A stretch of 64,000 bases of DNA from Planctomycetota bacterium (GTDB lineage: Bacteria; Planctomycetota; UBA8108; UBA1146; JAJFFE01), in assembly GCA_039028735.1 (NCBI GenBank), contig JBCCHQ010000011.1, forward strand, positions 7,127 to 71,126, given 5' to 3'. Below the pieces are notes generated by a model. It was not told the origin of the DNA. It saw only the letters and a list, made by a program, of their open reading frames with translations, and ran no database searches. Made by a program: the position numbers and the translations under genes. Shown one piece after another: positions 20,450-30,170 of this stretch. Every line of letters begins with the position of its first letter. The stretch's first letter is position 1.

Positions 20450-20514
20450 CTACACTGCACAGTGTAGTCTACACGACCCCAACATCAAGAAAAACCTACA
20501 CTGCACAGTGTAGT
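20450..20514. promoter_or_regulatory. Twin TetR operators
   Basis: Identical palindrome CTACACTG-CA-CAGTGTAG at 20450-20467 and 20496-20513, between the divergent AKR and TetR genes. Confidence 0.85.
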
Positions 20515-20535
20515 TTACCCCAGTGAGGCGATGCG

Positions 20536-21138
20536 ATGACCCCGAAGCGCGACACCAGCCGCAAACGGCACGAGATCCTCGACGCGGCCGCCCGAGAGTT
20601 CCAGGCCGTGGGTTACGACAACACAAGCATGGACCGCATCGCCGATTCGGCTGGGGCCTCCAAGCGAACCGTCTACAACCACTTCGCAAGCAAGGAGCTG
20701 CTTTTCGAAGCCGTCTTCGACCGCCTGAAGGACGAGCTGCAGGAATTGAAGCGTATCCAGTACGACCCGGAGCGCGCCTTGGCGGAGCAGCTCGGCGAGT
20801 TCGTCGAGGCGAAGCGTGCCGTCGCCGAGAATCCAGCTTGGCTGGGACTCATGAAAGTCGCGACGACGGTCTTCATCGCCAATCCTGAGATGGCGCGGGA
20901 GACGATGGCCCGCATGGCGCAAGAAGAAGACCAACTTGTGTCATGGTTGCGGGACGCCGCGGCGGATGGACGCATCCGCGTGGAGGATCCGACGCGAGCG
21001 GCCCAGGTGTTCTGGGCCATGGTCTCCGGGGGGTTCTTTTGGCCGTGCCTGTACCTCGGCCCGGTGAGCGAAGAAGCGGCGACTCCGCTCAAGGAGGATA
21101 TGGTAGCGCTGTTCCTGGCTCGCTACGCTTCGGAGTGA
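20536..21138 (+). CDS. TetR/AcrR family regulator
   Basis: ILDAAAREF..GYDNTSMDRIA..AGASKRTVYNHFASKELLF. Confidence 0.95.
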   Translation: MTPKRDTSRKRHEILDAAAREFQAVGYDNTSMDRIADSAGASKRTVYNHFASKELLFEAVFDRLKDELQELKRIQYDPERALAEQLGEFVEAKRAVAENPAWLGLMKVATTVFIANPEMARETMARMAQEEDQLVSWLRDAAADGRIRVEDPTRAAQVFWAMVSGGFFWPCLYLGPVSEEAATPLKEDMVALFLARYASE

Positions 21139-21231
21139 AACAAGTTGCGCGTAGTTGCAAGCTCAACTGTGCTACTGACGGAATTGGGAACCGTGCGCAA
21201 ACCCTCTGCCGAGTCCGATCCGAGAGCCTAA

Positions 21232-22224
21232 CTACGCAAGGACTTCGCGCTCGGCTATAGGGTCGCGCTCCATCGACTTGGTGGATTCACCGTCAGCCGA
21301 ATCTTCGTGCAGGGCCGAATTCCCATCGGGCGTTCCCTCCTTGGTGCCCATCATCTCGAAGTACTGATCGAGCTTGTTCTTCAGCTCCCGCAGTTCACCG
21401 TTGATCTTGCCCTGTTCGGGACCTTCGTATCGCAACTCTTCGACCAGGATTCGGGTGATCGACTTGCTGACTCTTCGCAATGGAGAGATCATCTGCTGGT
21501 ACTCCCTGGGCAATGGGACGACCTTCTCGCTTTCGGCAATCGCGGCCGTGATCCCCTCCTTCTTGGCCACGGCTACGATCCGGCGCGCGTCCTTCGCAGT
21601 CTTGTTGGCGACCAGCGGCAAGATCTGCTCCTGCGCCTTCTTGTCGAGCCTAATGATCTCGTTGGTCGTGGTCGCGTTCAGCTCTCCCTGTCCGCGTGCG
21701 TGCTTCACGGCGTCGGACGCCAGGGCATCTCGCTTGATGGCGCCCTTGATGACGGACTTCGACAGGCCGAGTTTCTCTGACGTAACCGCAGCAAAGGAAT
21801 CCTTTTCGTTTTCTTCCTTCTCCTTCTGCTGCTGTTTCTCTTCGGGAGAGAGGTCGTCGGCCGATAGATCCACCTTGCTTGCCGTAGGGTTGAGCGTCTC
21901 GAAGATCTCTCGCCCACGATTGAGCAACTTCTCGAGTTCGAGCTTGCCGAGAGGAGAGCGCACCAGATTCTCATCGATCGAGATCAGTTCCTGGACCAGA
22001 ACGTCTCGGTCGACCACATGCACGGGGATCTCGTCCCAACCAAGTTCTCGCACGGCCTGAAAGCGGCGAGCACCGGCAAGTAGCTCGTTGTCTTTGTTGA
22101 TCGTCACGGGATGGATCAGACCGACGTTCTCAACGCTCTTCCTCAGCGAGGTGACATCCGTTTCCACGCGGAGGTACTCGCTGTTGAGCTTGATTTCTGA
22201 AAGTTTGACGCGGGAGATCTTCAT
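21232..22224 (-). CDS. Stand-alone ParB-like protein (ParB N-terminal/CTPase domain + HTH)
   Basis: SVENVGLIHPVTI, LLAGARRFQA arginine patch, IDENLVRSPL. Confidence 0.85.
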   Translation of the reverse strand: MKISRVKLSEIKLNSEYLRVETDVTSLRKSVENVGLIHPVTINKDNELLAGARRFQAVRELGWDEIPVHVVDRDVLVQELISIDENLVRSPLGKLELEKLLNRGREIFETLNPTASKVDLSADDLSPEEKQQQKEKEENEKDSFAAVTSEKLGLSKSVIKGAIKRDALASDAVKHARGQGELNATTTNEIIRLDKKAQEQILPLVANKTAKDARRIVAVAKKEGITAAIAESEKVVPLPREYQQMISPLRRVSKSITRILVEELRYEGPEQGKINGELRELKNKLDQYFEMMGTKEGTPDGNSALHEDSADGESTKSMERDPIAEREVLA

Positions 22225-22483
22225 GCTGGGTCTTTCTTGTGATTCGGCTTGGAAGCGCAGCATTATGCGGAGCTCCCTCGCCATGCCAAGCGGACTTCGG
22301 AGTCAGTTCGACTTGACAGCGAGCGACATAGGAAACCAGGTCTAGAAGTCTCCCGAACCACTACGGCGACCGAAGGAAAGAACGCAGAAAAGAAACGACA
22401 GGTTTCTGGGGATTCCAGACGCTGTTTCAGGTACACATCGCGAACGAACACACACAATAACGCTGCTGAACGGAGTAGACCCT

Positions 22484-23317
22484 GTGTCCAAATCAACGCT
22501 CGCCGTCGTGGCTGCCACCCTGCTTGGCGTTGCCGGCTGCCTCGCCTCGGAAGAAGATCCGATTGGATCGCCGGCTGACGTCGTACTGGTATCGGATGTC
22601 AACTGGGAGCAACTCAATCCACTGCGCCGCGACAAGAGCCCGAAGGCCGGAACGTTGTGGGGCGATCGCACGGGACCGGGTCCGGCTGGCTTCCTGTTGC
22701 GGCCGGTGGATGGCTTTCGGTCACCGCCACACATCCACGACGGCGCCTACCGAGGAGTCGTCATCCGCGGCCTTCTCCACAACGCCGATCCGAACGCCGA
22801 GGACATGTGGATGCCCACAGGATCTTTCTGGACGCAGCCAGCGGGGCACGTGCACATCACCGCCGCTCAGGGCGACGATTGCTTGGCCTACATCGAGGTC
22901 GATGATGCCTTCGGAGTACTGCCTGCCGAGAAGGCGTTCGACAGCGGGGAGAAACCAGTCAACGTCGATGTGACGAACCTCGTGTGGATCGATCCGCCGC
23001 GGCAACCGGTCACACCGGGCGGGCCTCAGGTCGCCTTTGTGTGGGGCAATCCGCAAGACAGTGCTGCGTCTGGAGCCCTGGTCCGGTTCCCGGCTGGCAC
23101 ATCCGGCACGATCCGCAGCAAGGGCGCATCGCTTCGCGCTGTCGTGATTGACGGTAGCCTTGATCTTCACGGCTCAGGCCCCGAAGCGAAGCAGACCTTG
23201 GATCCTGGTAGTCTCTTCAGCTCGAAAGGCGACGCGGTCCACAAGGTCTCGGCAGGTTCTGCGAAGGCGACCCTTCTCTACTTGCGTGTCGAGGGGACGT
23301 TCGACGTCGAGGACTGA
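22484..23317 (+). CDS. DUF4437 cupin-domain lipoprotein
   Basis: Lipobox VAGC; [40 protein letters not shown]. Confidence 0.85.
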   Translation: MSKSTLAVVAATLLGVAGCLASEEDPIGSPADVVLVSDVNWEQLNPLRRDKSPKAGTLWGDRTGPGPAGFLLRPVDGFRSPPHIHDGAYRGVVIRGLLHNADPNAEDMWMPTGSFWTQPAGHVHITAAQGDDCLAYIEVDDAFGVLPAEKAFDSGEKPVNVDVTNLVWIDPPRQPVTPGGPQVAFVWGNPQDSAASGALVRFPAGTSGTIRSKGASLRAVVIDGSLDLHGSGPEAKQTLDPGSLFSSKGDAVHKVSAGSAKATLLYLRVEGTFDVED

Positions 23318-23448
23318 TCGTTTTGCGGGTGGTGCTCACTCAGACTCACTGAGATCACGGGCACTTGGTAAGATGGCCGCGCGAAAACGACCCCAAAGCA
23401 TCGAGTATCAAAAGCGTGATCCGTCCTTGGCGTTGCGCTGCGGACGCA

Positions 23449-24924
23449 CTAGTTGCGGACCATGACACCTTCGATGTTCACGTGCCCATCGGACTTCGCC
23501 CCCACGTCCACCTTCACGCTTGGCTGAGACCAGTCTCCGCGCGACGGGTAGCCATCCCCGTTCACTTCGGCCACCACGGTCACGTAGTAGATCCCTGGGT
23601 GCAGATACGTGAAGGTCATCTCCTTCTCTCCGGCGGTGAGCTCGGGAAACGATAGGATTCCATCGAACGCATCTTGTCGGGGGACGCCGTGCTGCATGAG
23701 AAGCTTGCCGGTCGAGTCTGTCAGGAGCCCCTTCGACAGGTAGACGTGTAGAGTTGCGTCCTCCAGATCGGTGGCACGCGGAAACGTGACCCGCAGCTTG
23801 GCCAGATGCGGTATCTGGTCGATTCGAATGGGATCCCCTGAAAGCCTCGCCAACGCATCGAGTGACAGTTTCGCATCGTTCCAGATGTAGCTGTACGAAG
23901 TGACTGGCAAGTCTGGTCCCCAATCTGGGATGGGCATTCCCTTCGGGAACTTGTACTCCGTGTTCTTCTCAGGGAACCCGACCGTCTTTGCAGCCGCGCC
24001 CGCAAGCTCGGGATGCCTGCGCTTACCTGTGAAGCGCATGTGTATCTTCGGCGGTGCGGCCAGACCAAGGCGACTGGTGTACGACCTGAATTGCAATTCA
24101 TCGCCAGTGAACTCCAGACTCATCCACATGATGCCTTCGCCGCCGTAGGCGTCCACCAGGCGATACTTGGTCGACCGCCCATCTTCTGTTAGGCGATCGA
24201 GGATGAAGTAGCTCGTTCGGTAGATGCCGTTCAAGATGCCCCCATTACGAGCCATGATCGTGCGCTTCCCCTTGAAGTCAGCGACGAAGAACGACGTGAA
24301 GAGGTTCCCCATCGTGCCCCCTTCAAAGATCGCGTGCACGTGGGCTGGAGCAATCGCGCGGTAGTCCCACGAGAACCACGAGAAGTCCTGCCCCATCACG
24401 GTCATGTCCCCTATCCAGTGCCCCTGCAGCCGCTCCAGAAGCTCGAAACCGCTGTTGGAGATGTCGAGGGCTTCGATCTCCGGGGGATGGAACGGTGCGT
24501 ACTTCGGCGCCTGAGAGGGATCGCCTTGGTTCATAAAGCCTCCGTCTGCCCAAGCCTCAAATAGTGCACGCTGCCGCTTCGACATCAGTCCAACTGGGGG
24601 CATGGGGTCCGCGTCGTCATTGATCCGCGCCAACAGCTCCCCGTCTTCCACCTTTGCGCGCACGGCGTCAAAGCTGGTCAACGCGAAGCCGCCGTCGGGG
24701 TCCGCCCCTGAATGGCACGTCGTGCAAAAGTTCTCAACGATGGGACGAATGTCGTTCGTGTAGGAAACCTCTTCTGTGAGCGCCTTGCCGGTTGCGGGCG
24801 GCTCGGGTCGAGAGCGGCTGTCGTCGCTGTCTCCCGCGCCTCTCACGGCGACGCACGACAGGCCGGTCGCAAGCCCGACGACCGAGAGCGCCAGCAACCA
24901 CGGTCTCATGCCAGTCTCCTTCAT
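23449..24924 (-). CDS. Lipoprotein with N-terminal c-type cytochrome domain and uncharacterised beta-rich domain
   Basis: Lipobox GLSC; SYTNDIRPIVENFCTTCH and distal PMPP; ~330-aa C-terminal region starting LQGHWIG. Confidence 0.8.
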   Translation of the reverse strand: MKETGMRPWLLALSVVGLATGLSCVAVRGAGDSDDSRSRPEPPATGKALTEEVSYTNDIRPIVENFCTTCHSGADPDGGFALTSFDAVRAKVEDGELLARINDDADPMPPVGLMSKRQRALFEAWADGGFMNQGDPSQAPKYAPFHPPEIEALDISNSGFELLERLQGHWIGDMTVMGQDFSWFSWDYRAIAPAHVHAIFEGGTMGNLFTSFFVADFKGKRTIMARNGGILNGIYRTSYFILDRLTEDGRSTKYRLVDAYGGEGIMWMSLEFTGDELQFRSYTSRLGLAAPPKIHMRFTGKRRHPELAGAAAKTVGFPEKNTEYKFPKGMPIPDWGPDLPVTSYSYIWNDAKLSLDALARLSGDPIRIDQIPHLAKLRVTFPRATDLEDATLHVYLSKGLLTDSTGKLLMQHGVPRQDAFDGILSFPELTAGEKEMTFTYLHPGIYYVTVVAEVNGDGYPSRGDWSQPSVKVDVGAKSDGHVNIEGVMVRN

Positions 24925-24945
24925 GTGCTTTCTCCATCGCCGAAC

Positions 24946-24989
24946 ATTGTCGACCTTGACAATCTACGGCATCGGCGATAGATTGTCAA
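24946..24989. promoter_or_regulatory. TetR operator(s) overlapping back-to-back TTGACA -35 boxes
   Basis: TTGACAATCTA-N12-TAGATTGTCAA perfect inverted repeat (24956-24989); ATTGTC-N6-GACAAT (24946-24963). Confidence 0.7.
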
Positions 24990-25028
24990 CTATGAATATT
25001 TTCGTGCGCGAAACCACGGAGGAAGTGA

Positions 25029-25613
25029 ATGCCGAGAAGAGACCTCACCGAAGAACGGACCGAGCAGATCCTAGCTGCCTATGAACGCTGCGTCGCTCGC
25101 TTCGGCCTAGAAGGAACATCGCTCGAGCGAGTCGCCGAAGAAGCAGAGGTCAAGAGGAGCCTACTTCGACACTATGTCGGCAACCGCGATGACCTCGTTC
25201 TGGCCATGGCCGAGCGTTTCGGGCAGAGGTATCGTGATCAGTTACAAGCGATGACACAGCACATCCGCGAGGGGCAGACACGCGATCTGCTAGACATCCT
25301 GTTTGCGAAGACGTCGTCCGGTGACGTCCATGATGTCTTAATCATGGAGGCGCTGATCGTCGCTTCCGGCCAGTTCGACGAGATCCGGGCTCTCGTCAGC
25401 TTGCTCGTTGAGGAGACGATCAACGCAGTCAGAGACCAGCTTCGACTTACCTTCCCTCGAGCTGATGCAAAGAACGTCTGGACCATCGCCTACGGAGTGG
25501 TCGCCATCTACTTCAATCTCGAGTCGCTAGCCCCGCTCCGACTGCCACGTCGGCATCGCTCGTCCGCAAGGTCGGCAGCTGGTGCGTTGATCGAGACTCT
25601 TGCGCCGCGGTGA
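25029..25613 (+). CDS. TetR family regulator (BetI-like)
   Basis: ILAAYERCVARFGLEGTSLERVAEEAEVKRSLLRHYVGNRDDL HTH. Confidence 0.9.
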   Translation: MPRRDLTEERTEQILAAYERCVARFGLEGTSLERVAEEAEVKRSLLRHYVGNRDDLVLAMAERFGQRYRDQLQAMTQHIREGQTRDLLDILFAKTSSGDVHDVLIMEALIVASGQFDEIRALVSLLVEETINAVRDQLRLTFPRADAKNVWTIAYGVVAIYFNLESLAPLRLPRRHRSSARSAAGALIETLAPR

Positions 25614-25759
25614 ATGCGCCACTGGACTCACGCCAGAAGCAATCGCCGCGCGCTTCTTCGCGAGCGCCCGCTCCGCCCCGTTCAGGCATGATTCGATGAC
25701 ATTGCGACTGTTGTTCGTATACTCCCTGATGGACCGGGATCGACTTCTCTACTGATTGA

Positions 25760-27397
25760 ATGCTGTCCTTTGTTGCAGTGAGGCGAGGAGCCTTGGCGAA
25801 CTTGCATTGCCTCGACCAGACCACTCTAGGCAGGCGTAAGAATGGAAAGCGTCCTTCAGCCTGCCGCGGCGGCGCGGCGTTCTTCTTGCTGTTGGCCCTC
25901 CTGGTCGGTTGCCGCTCCTTCGACCCGGATCACTTCGACGCGGCCCTTCGCGAGGCAACCTTCGACGCATGCCTGCAACAGATGGAGCTGTCCAGCGGCG
26001 CGGGGCAGAGCGGTGCGCTCGACGTCGCAGCCCTTCGCTCTCGGTATCGTGACCGTGCGATCGCTGCGGCGCGACCTTCCGACTTCTATGGCCTGCTACG
26101 CGACCTCCTGTTGGAGCTCGACGACCCGCACCTAACCGTGCACTTCTCGCCGCGGCACTGGGAAGACGGCAACCTCGTCGGCTACCCCGATCGCTGTCAT
26201 TTCATCACGATCGGCGACAACCTCTTTGTGGGTTACCCCGAAGGCTACGAGGATGTGCCCTTGCCGGATCACACGAGTTGGCCTGCGAGCCGAGCCCGCA
26301 GCGCTACCGACATCGCTGCAGCGCTCGAAGGACGGCAGCTGCAGTCGAAGTTGCGCTGGGAGAAGGTGCTCGCCATCGAAGGGCAGGCTCCTACTTGGCT
26401 CAACAGCCGCTGGCTTCGAATCGGCCTGCTGCTGACAACGCTCGAGGTAACGGTAGAAAGGGACGGCCAGCCGTACGACCTGTCGCTATTGCGCGACGCT
26501 GCAGTGACGTTGTCGTCGAGTTACAAGACAACGTGGCACAGTACAAAGGCGACGATCGCGCGACTGCGCAAGCTTGACGAGTCGGCCGCAGTGGCCGGCG
26601 AGCCGTCTAGCGGCAACAAGGTGAGCAAGGAGTTCTCCTTTGTAACGAGCCCGTTCCGCGATGCAGAGCGGATCACCGCAGCAGACTCGCCGGTCTTCCA
26701 CATGTGGAAGCACCGCGACTTTGCCTATGTGCGGCTGACCAGCCTGAGTCGGCGCAAAGCGCAGGAGACTCACGAGGAGTTCTCCGACCGGGTCGATCGC
26801 GCTTATGCGCAGCTCGACGCTGGGAAGCCACTGATCATCGATCTCTCGGCCAACGGCGGCGGCACAGCGAACGTGCTCGGTGAGTTCGTCGACCCGTTCC
26901 TTCCGGAAGAAGAAGAGGAACTGCCGATCTCGCATCGGACTGCAGCCGTCTACGACTTCTGGTTGTGGGAGTTCGTGAACCTCAAGGACGTGAGCTTTCC
27001 GATCACACCGTCGCCACGAGTTCCAGCGTGCCCGGTCTTCGTCCTCGTCGACCGGCACACGGCGAGCTGCGCTGAGATGGCGGCGGCGATCCTGCGAGCC
27101 CATCGCGACGCGATGTTGATCGGTGAGACGACACTGGGCGCCGAGTACACACTGCACAAGTTCGAGATCATCGATGGGACTTACGTCGAGTTTGGTGCGG
27201 GCGGCGGGATGGCGGCGTGCTGTGAACCGTTTCAAGGCACGGGCTTGCAGCCAGACGTTAGAATCGATCTCACCCTCGAGAGCGTACGCAAGCTCGGTCT
27301 TCACCGGGCTTATCGCGAAGTAAGACTTCGCTCGCTGTCGGAAGCGGTGCGTCGGGTGGGAGCGGACCCCGCCGACGTGCTGCGGAGGGCGCGCTAG
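25760..27397 (+). CDS. S41 family peptidase, probable lipoprotein; start uncertain
   Basis: LDDPH, LIIDLSANGGG, TASCAE (catalytic Ser), LIGETTLG, GLQPDV; lipobox LVGC. Confidence 0.85.
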   Translation: MLSFVAVRRGALANLHCLDQTTLGRRKNGKRPSACRGGAAFFLLLALLVGCRSFDPDHFDAALREATFDACLQQMELSSGAGQSGALDVAALRSRYRDRAIAAARPSDFYGLLRDLLLELDDPHLTVHFSPRHWEDGNLVGYPDRCHFITIGDNLFVGYPEGYEDVPLPDHTSWPASRARSATDIAAALEGRQLQSKLRWEKVLAIEGQAPTWLNSRWLRIGLLLTTLEVTVERDGQPYDLSLLRDAAVTLSSSYKTTWHSTKATIARLRKLDESAAVAGEPSSGNKVSKEFSFVTSPFRDAERITAADSPVFHMWKHRDFAYVRLTSLSRRKAQETHEEFSDRVDRAYAQLDAGKPLIIDLSANGGGTANVLGEFVDPFLPEEEEELPISHRTAAVYDFWLWEFVNLKDVSFPITPSPRVPACPVFVLVDRHTASCAEMAAAILRAHRDAMLIGETTLGAEYTLHKFEIIDGTYVEFGAGGGMAACCEPFQGTGLQPDVRIDLTLESVRKLGLHRAYREVRLRSLSEAVRRVGADPADVLRRAR

Positions 27398-27681
27398 CGG
27401 GCCTGCCTTTTGGGGCTGTGACCCTGCTATTGAAAGATTGCGTCGTGATTCAGCTACTGAGGTGTAGCTAAGTGACACGCAGCCCGCTTGCGACAAGAGG
27501 GTTGCGTCGCGCGTCGAATCTCGTAGGGTGAAAGTCATGACTCCGAGACTCGTTGACTCTCCCCTTCCGTATCCCTGACGCCGCTCGCTGTGCGGGTCCG
27601 TCAAACTCCACGAGTACAGTTCCGTGTAGATCCTCGCCTGGATTAGGAGAGGGTCTCCTCAATCGCAAGGAAGAAGTGATC

Positions 27682-28809
27682 ATGCGTTTCTTGATGTTGT
27701 CTGTCGTGTTTCTCTGCGTCGGTTGTGCTCAGCCCCCGGGTCGTGAACACAGCCCCGGGTTGTCCACTGGCAAAGTCGGAAACTTCGACGTTCAACACAA
27801 CTTCGCTGTCACCGTACCTAACGGCGCCGAGGGCGTGGACATTTGGTTCGCTGTGCCGAACCAGAACGACCGCATGCAGAGCATCTCCGACTGGAAGGTC
27901 GAACCCGCTGGGCTGCCTGCGAGGATGGTCCGTGACCGCCTCGGCAATCCCTTCTTGTACCTCCACCTCGACAACCCCGAGCCCGGGGAGTTTCACGTCG
28001 ATACGAGCTTCAAGATTGAACGATATGAAGTGAACGCGGACCTCGATCCGTCGAAGACACGTCCGCACACGGCCGAAGAGCTCGCCGAGCTCAGCATCTA
28101 CCTGAAGGGCTCCTCCCAGAGCGTGATCAACGGCGACGTGATCGCGATGGCGCGCAAAGTAGTCGGCACGGAGAAGAACCCAGTCATTGCTTCGCGCAGC
28201 ATCTACGACGCGATCCTCGATCACGTCGAATACCACGTGAAGGATCCAAAGCCCAACGTCGCCAAGACAATGAATCCAACCGGAACCGGCAACAGCCGGC
28301 TTTGCTACGCCAGCTGCACCGGCAACTGCACCGACTTCCACTCTCTCTATGCCGCAGTTTCTCGCGCGGCGGGCATCCCAACACGTGCCGTCTACGGCTC
28401 CTTCTTCAAGGGCCCCCTGAGCGGCGTCGACAAGGACCAGAGCTATCACTGTTGGATCGAGTTCCACGCTCCGAACCTTGGCTGGATCCCACTCGACGTA
28501 GCCGTCGCTGACATCTTCGTCGATAGCTTCCAAGCCAATGAGCATAGCCAGCCTCGCGCGAACTTGACTGTGGCCAACGGTTACGCGGGCCCGGATCCAA
28601 AGCTCGTGAACTACTACTTCGGCAACCTGGAAGAGCGCCGGGTGACGTGGCACTGGGGACGTGATCTCGAGATGGTGGATCCACGCCAGAAGGGCGAACC
28701 CCTGCTGTGGAACCCGAAAGCCTATGCAGAAGTCGACGGTCAGGCCGCTTCGATCGTGAAACGCAAACTAACGTATCACGAGATCGGTGCGACGCAGGCA
28801 GCCCAGTGA
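27682..28809 (+). CDS. Transglutaminase-like domain lipoprotein
   Basis: GNCTDFH, RAAGIP, YHCWIEF, GWIPLD (Cys-His-Asp); lipobox CVGC. Confidence 0.9.
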   Translation: MRFLMLSVVFLCVGCAQPPGREHSPGLSTGKVGNFDVQHNFAVTVPNGAEGVDIWFAVPNQNDRMQSISDWKVEPAGLPARMVRDRLGNPFLYLHLDNPEPGEFHVDTSFKIERYEVNADLDPSKTRPHTAEELAELSIYLKGSSQSVINGDVIAMARKVVGTEKNPVIASRSIYDAILDHVEYHVKDPKPNVAKTMNPTGTGNSRLCYASCTGNCTDFHSLYAAVSRAAGIPTRAVYGSFFKGPLSGVDKDQSYHCWIEFHAPNLGWIPLDVAVADIFVDSFQANEHSQPRANLTVANGYAGPDPKLVNYYFGNLEERRVTWHWGRDLEMVDPRQKGEPLLWNPKAYAEVDGQAASIVKRKLTYHEIGATQAAQ

Positions 28810-29017
28810 TCGACTGTCAGTAGGATCTACGGGGATCCCGAGAAGCAGCTAGCTTCCTCGCCAACTCGATGCCCTGACCTCCGCCCATCTTCGCCAGCTG
28901 GTGGTTCGACGGTCCGGCGACCGGACTGGCTATCGTGGTTTGTGATCGCGGAGAGGCTCGACTACCATGGCTGTCTTGCCATCAAGCCACCGAGAGTAGC
29001 TGCGAAGGGACTCGCCC

Positions 29018-30157
29018 GTGCTGATCCGGATCTACGTCGCATTCATCTTGTTGGGTTGTTCGGTCAGCCTCGCCCAAGAAGCGCCGGAGGCCATGGATGT
29101 CTGGCTCGGTTCCGGCAGTAGGAAGCCCAGCACCGGCATCTATCACGCCACGTTGAACCCGAAGTTCGGCACCCTGTCGACTCCAACGCTGGTCGCCGAT
29201 ATGCGCGGCCCCGGTTTCCTGGCGATGCACCCCAGCGGTAGCCCGCTCTATGCCAAGTCTTCGATCGACGGCAGCACATCAGTTGCGGCCTACGCGGTCC
29301 ATCGACCGGACGGCAAAGTGTCGCTGACCCTCGTCAACACAATTGAGATCGGTAGTCCTGGGACGGCTCATGTCGCCGTGGATGCAACCGGCAGGATGTT
29401 GCTGACGGCGCAGTACGGAGGGAGCTCGGTCGCGGTATTTGCCCTCAACACGGACGGCTCCATCAAAGAGCGCACACAGTTGATCCAGCACGAAGGAGCT
29501 TCCAAAGTCGTGCCCCGCCGGCAGAACCGACCGCACCCCCACTGGGTTGGCTTCTCCCGTGATAATCGTTTCGTATTCGTCCCCGACCTGGGCCTAGACC
29601 AAGTGGTCATCTACAAAGTCAACTTGGCCGCTTCCAAACTGACCCGCCATGGAGTCGGTGTGGTTCCCCCTGGGAGCGGGCCGCGACACATGAAGTTCCA
29701 CACTACTGCCAAGTGGGCCTATGTCCTGAATGAACTCGAACTCAGCGTCACGGTGTTCGACTATGACACCCAAGCGGGAACGTTGATCCCGAAGCAGACG
29801 GTGCTCACGGTACCCAAGGAACAAGTCGCCCAGGAAGTGTTCGCCAGCGCATCAGAGATCCGCGTGCATCCAAACGGGCGCTTCGTCTACACCGCCAATC
29901 GCGGCCACGACACGATCACAGCCTTTCGGGTGAACGAGGAGAGCGGCGAGCTGACGGTCGTCGAACGAGAACCCATCCGAGGAGCAACGCCGCGCAACTT
30001 CAACATCGATCCGACGGGACGCTGGTTGCTGGCTGCGGGACAACACTCGCACACGCTGACGGTGTTTGCCGTGGATCAGGAAACTGGCGGCCTGACCTAC
30101 AACCGAGCCTGCCTCCCCGTTCCATCCCCGATCTGCGTTCTGTTCGAACACGAGTAG
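29018..30157 (+). CDS. pgl: Lactonase family protein (6-phosphogluconolactonase-like beta-propeller), secreted
   Basis: PHPH, PDLGLD, GSGPRH, YVLNEL, ANRGHD, PRNF motifs. Confidence 0.88.
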   Translation: MLIRIYVAFILLGCSVSLAQEAPEAMDVWLGSGSRKPSTGIYHATLNPKFGTLSTPTLVADMRGPGFLAMHPSGSPLYAKSSIDGSTSVAAYAVHRPDGKVSLTLVNTIEIGSPGTAHVAVDATGRMLLTAQYGGSSVAVFALNTDGSIKERTQLIQHEGASKVVPRRQNRPHPHWVGFSRDNRFVFVPDLGLDQVVIYKVNLAASKLTRHGVGVVPPGSGPRHMKFHTTAKWAYVLNELELSVTVFDYDTQAGTLIPKQTVLTVPKEQVAQEVFASASEIRVHPNGRFVYTANRGHDTITAFRVNEESGELTVVEREPIRGATPRNFNIDPTGRWLLAAGQHSHTLTVFAVDQETGGLTYNRACLPVPSPICVLFEHE

Positions 30158-30170
30158 TGTCGATCGACAG

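Noticed and set aside
22423-22437. TGTTTCAGGTACACA near the ParB-like gene, and a GTGAAACA half-site at 21135
   Set aside because: Needs a gap and mismatches to fit the 16-bp parS palindrome; too weak.
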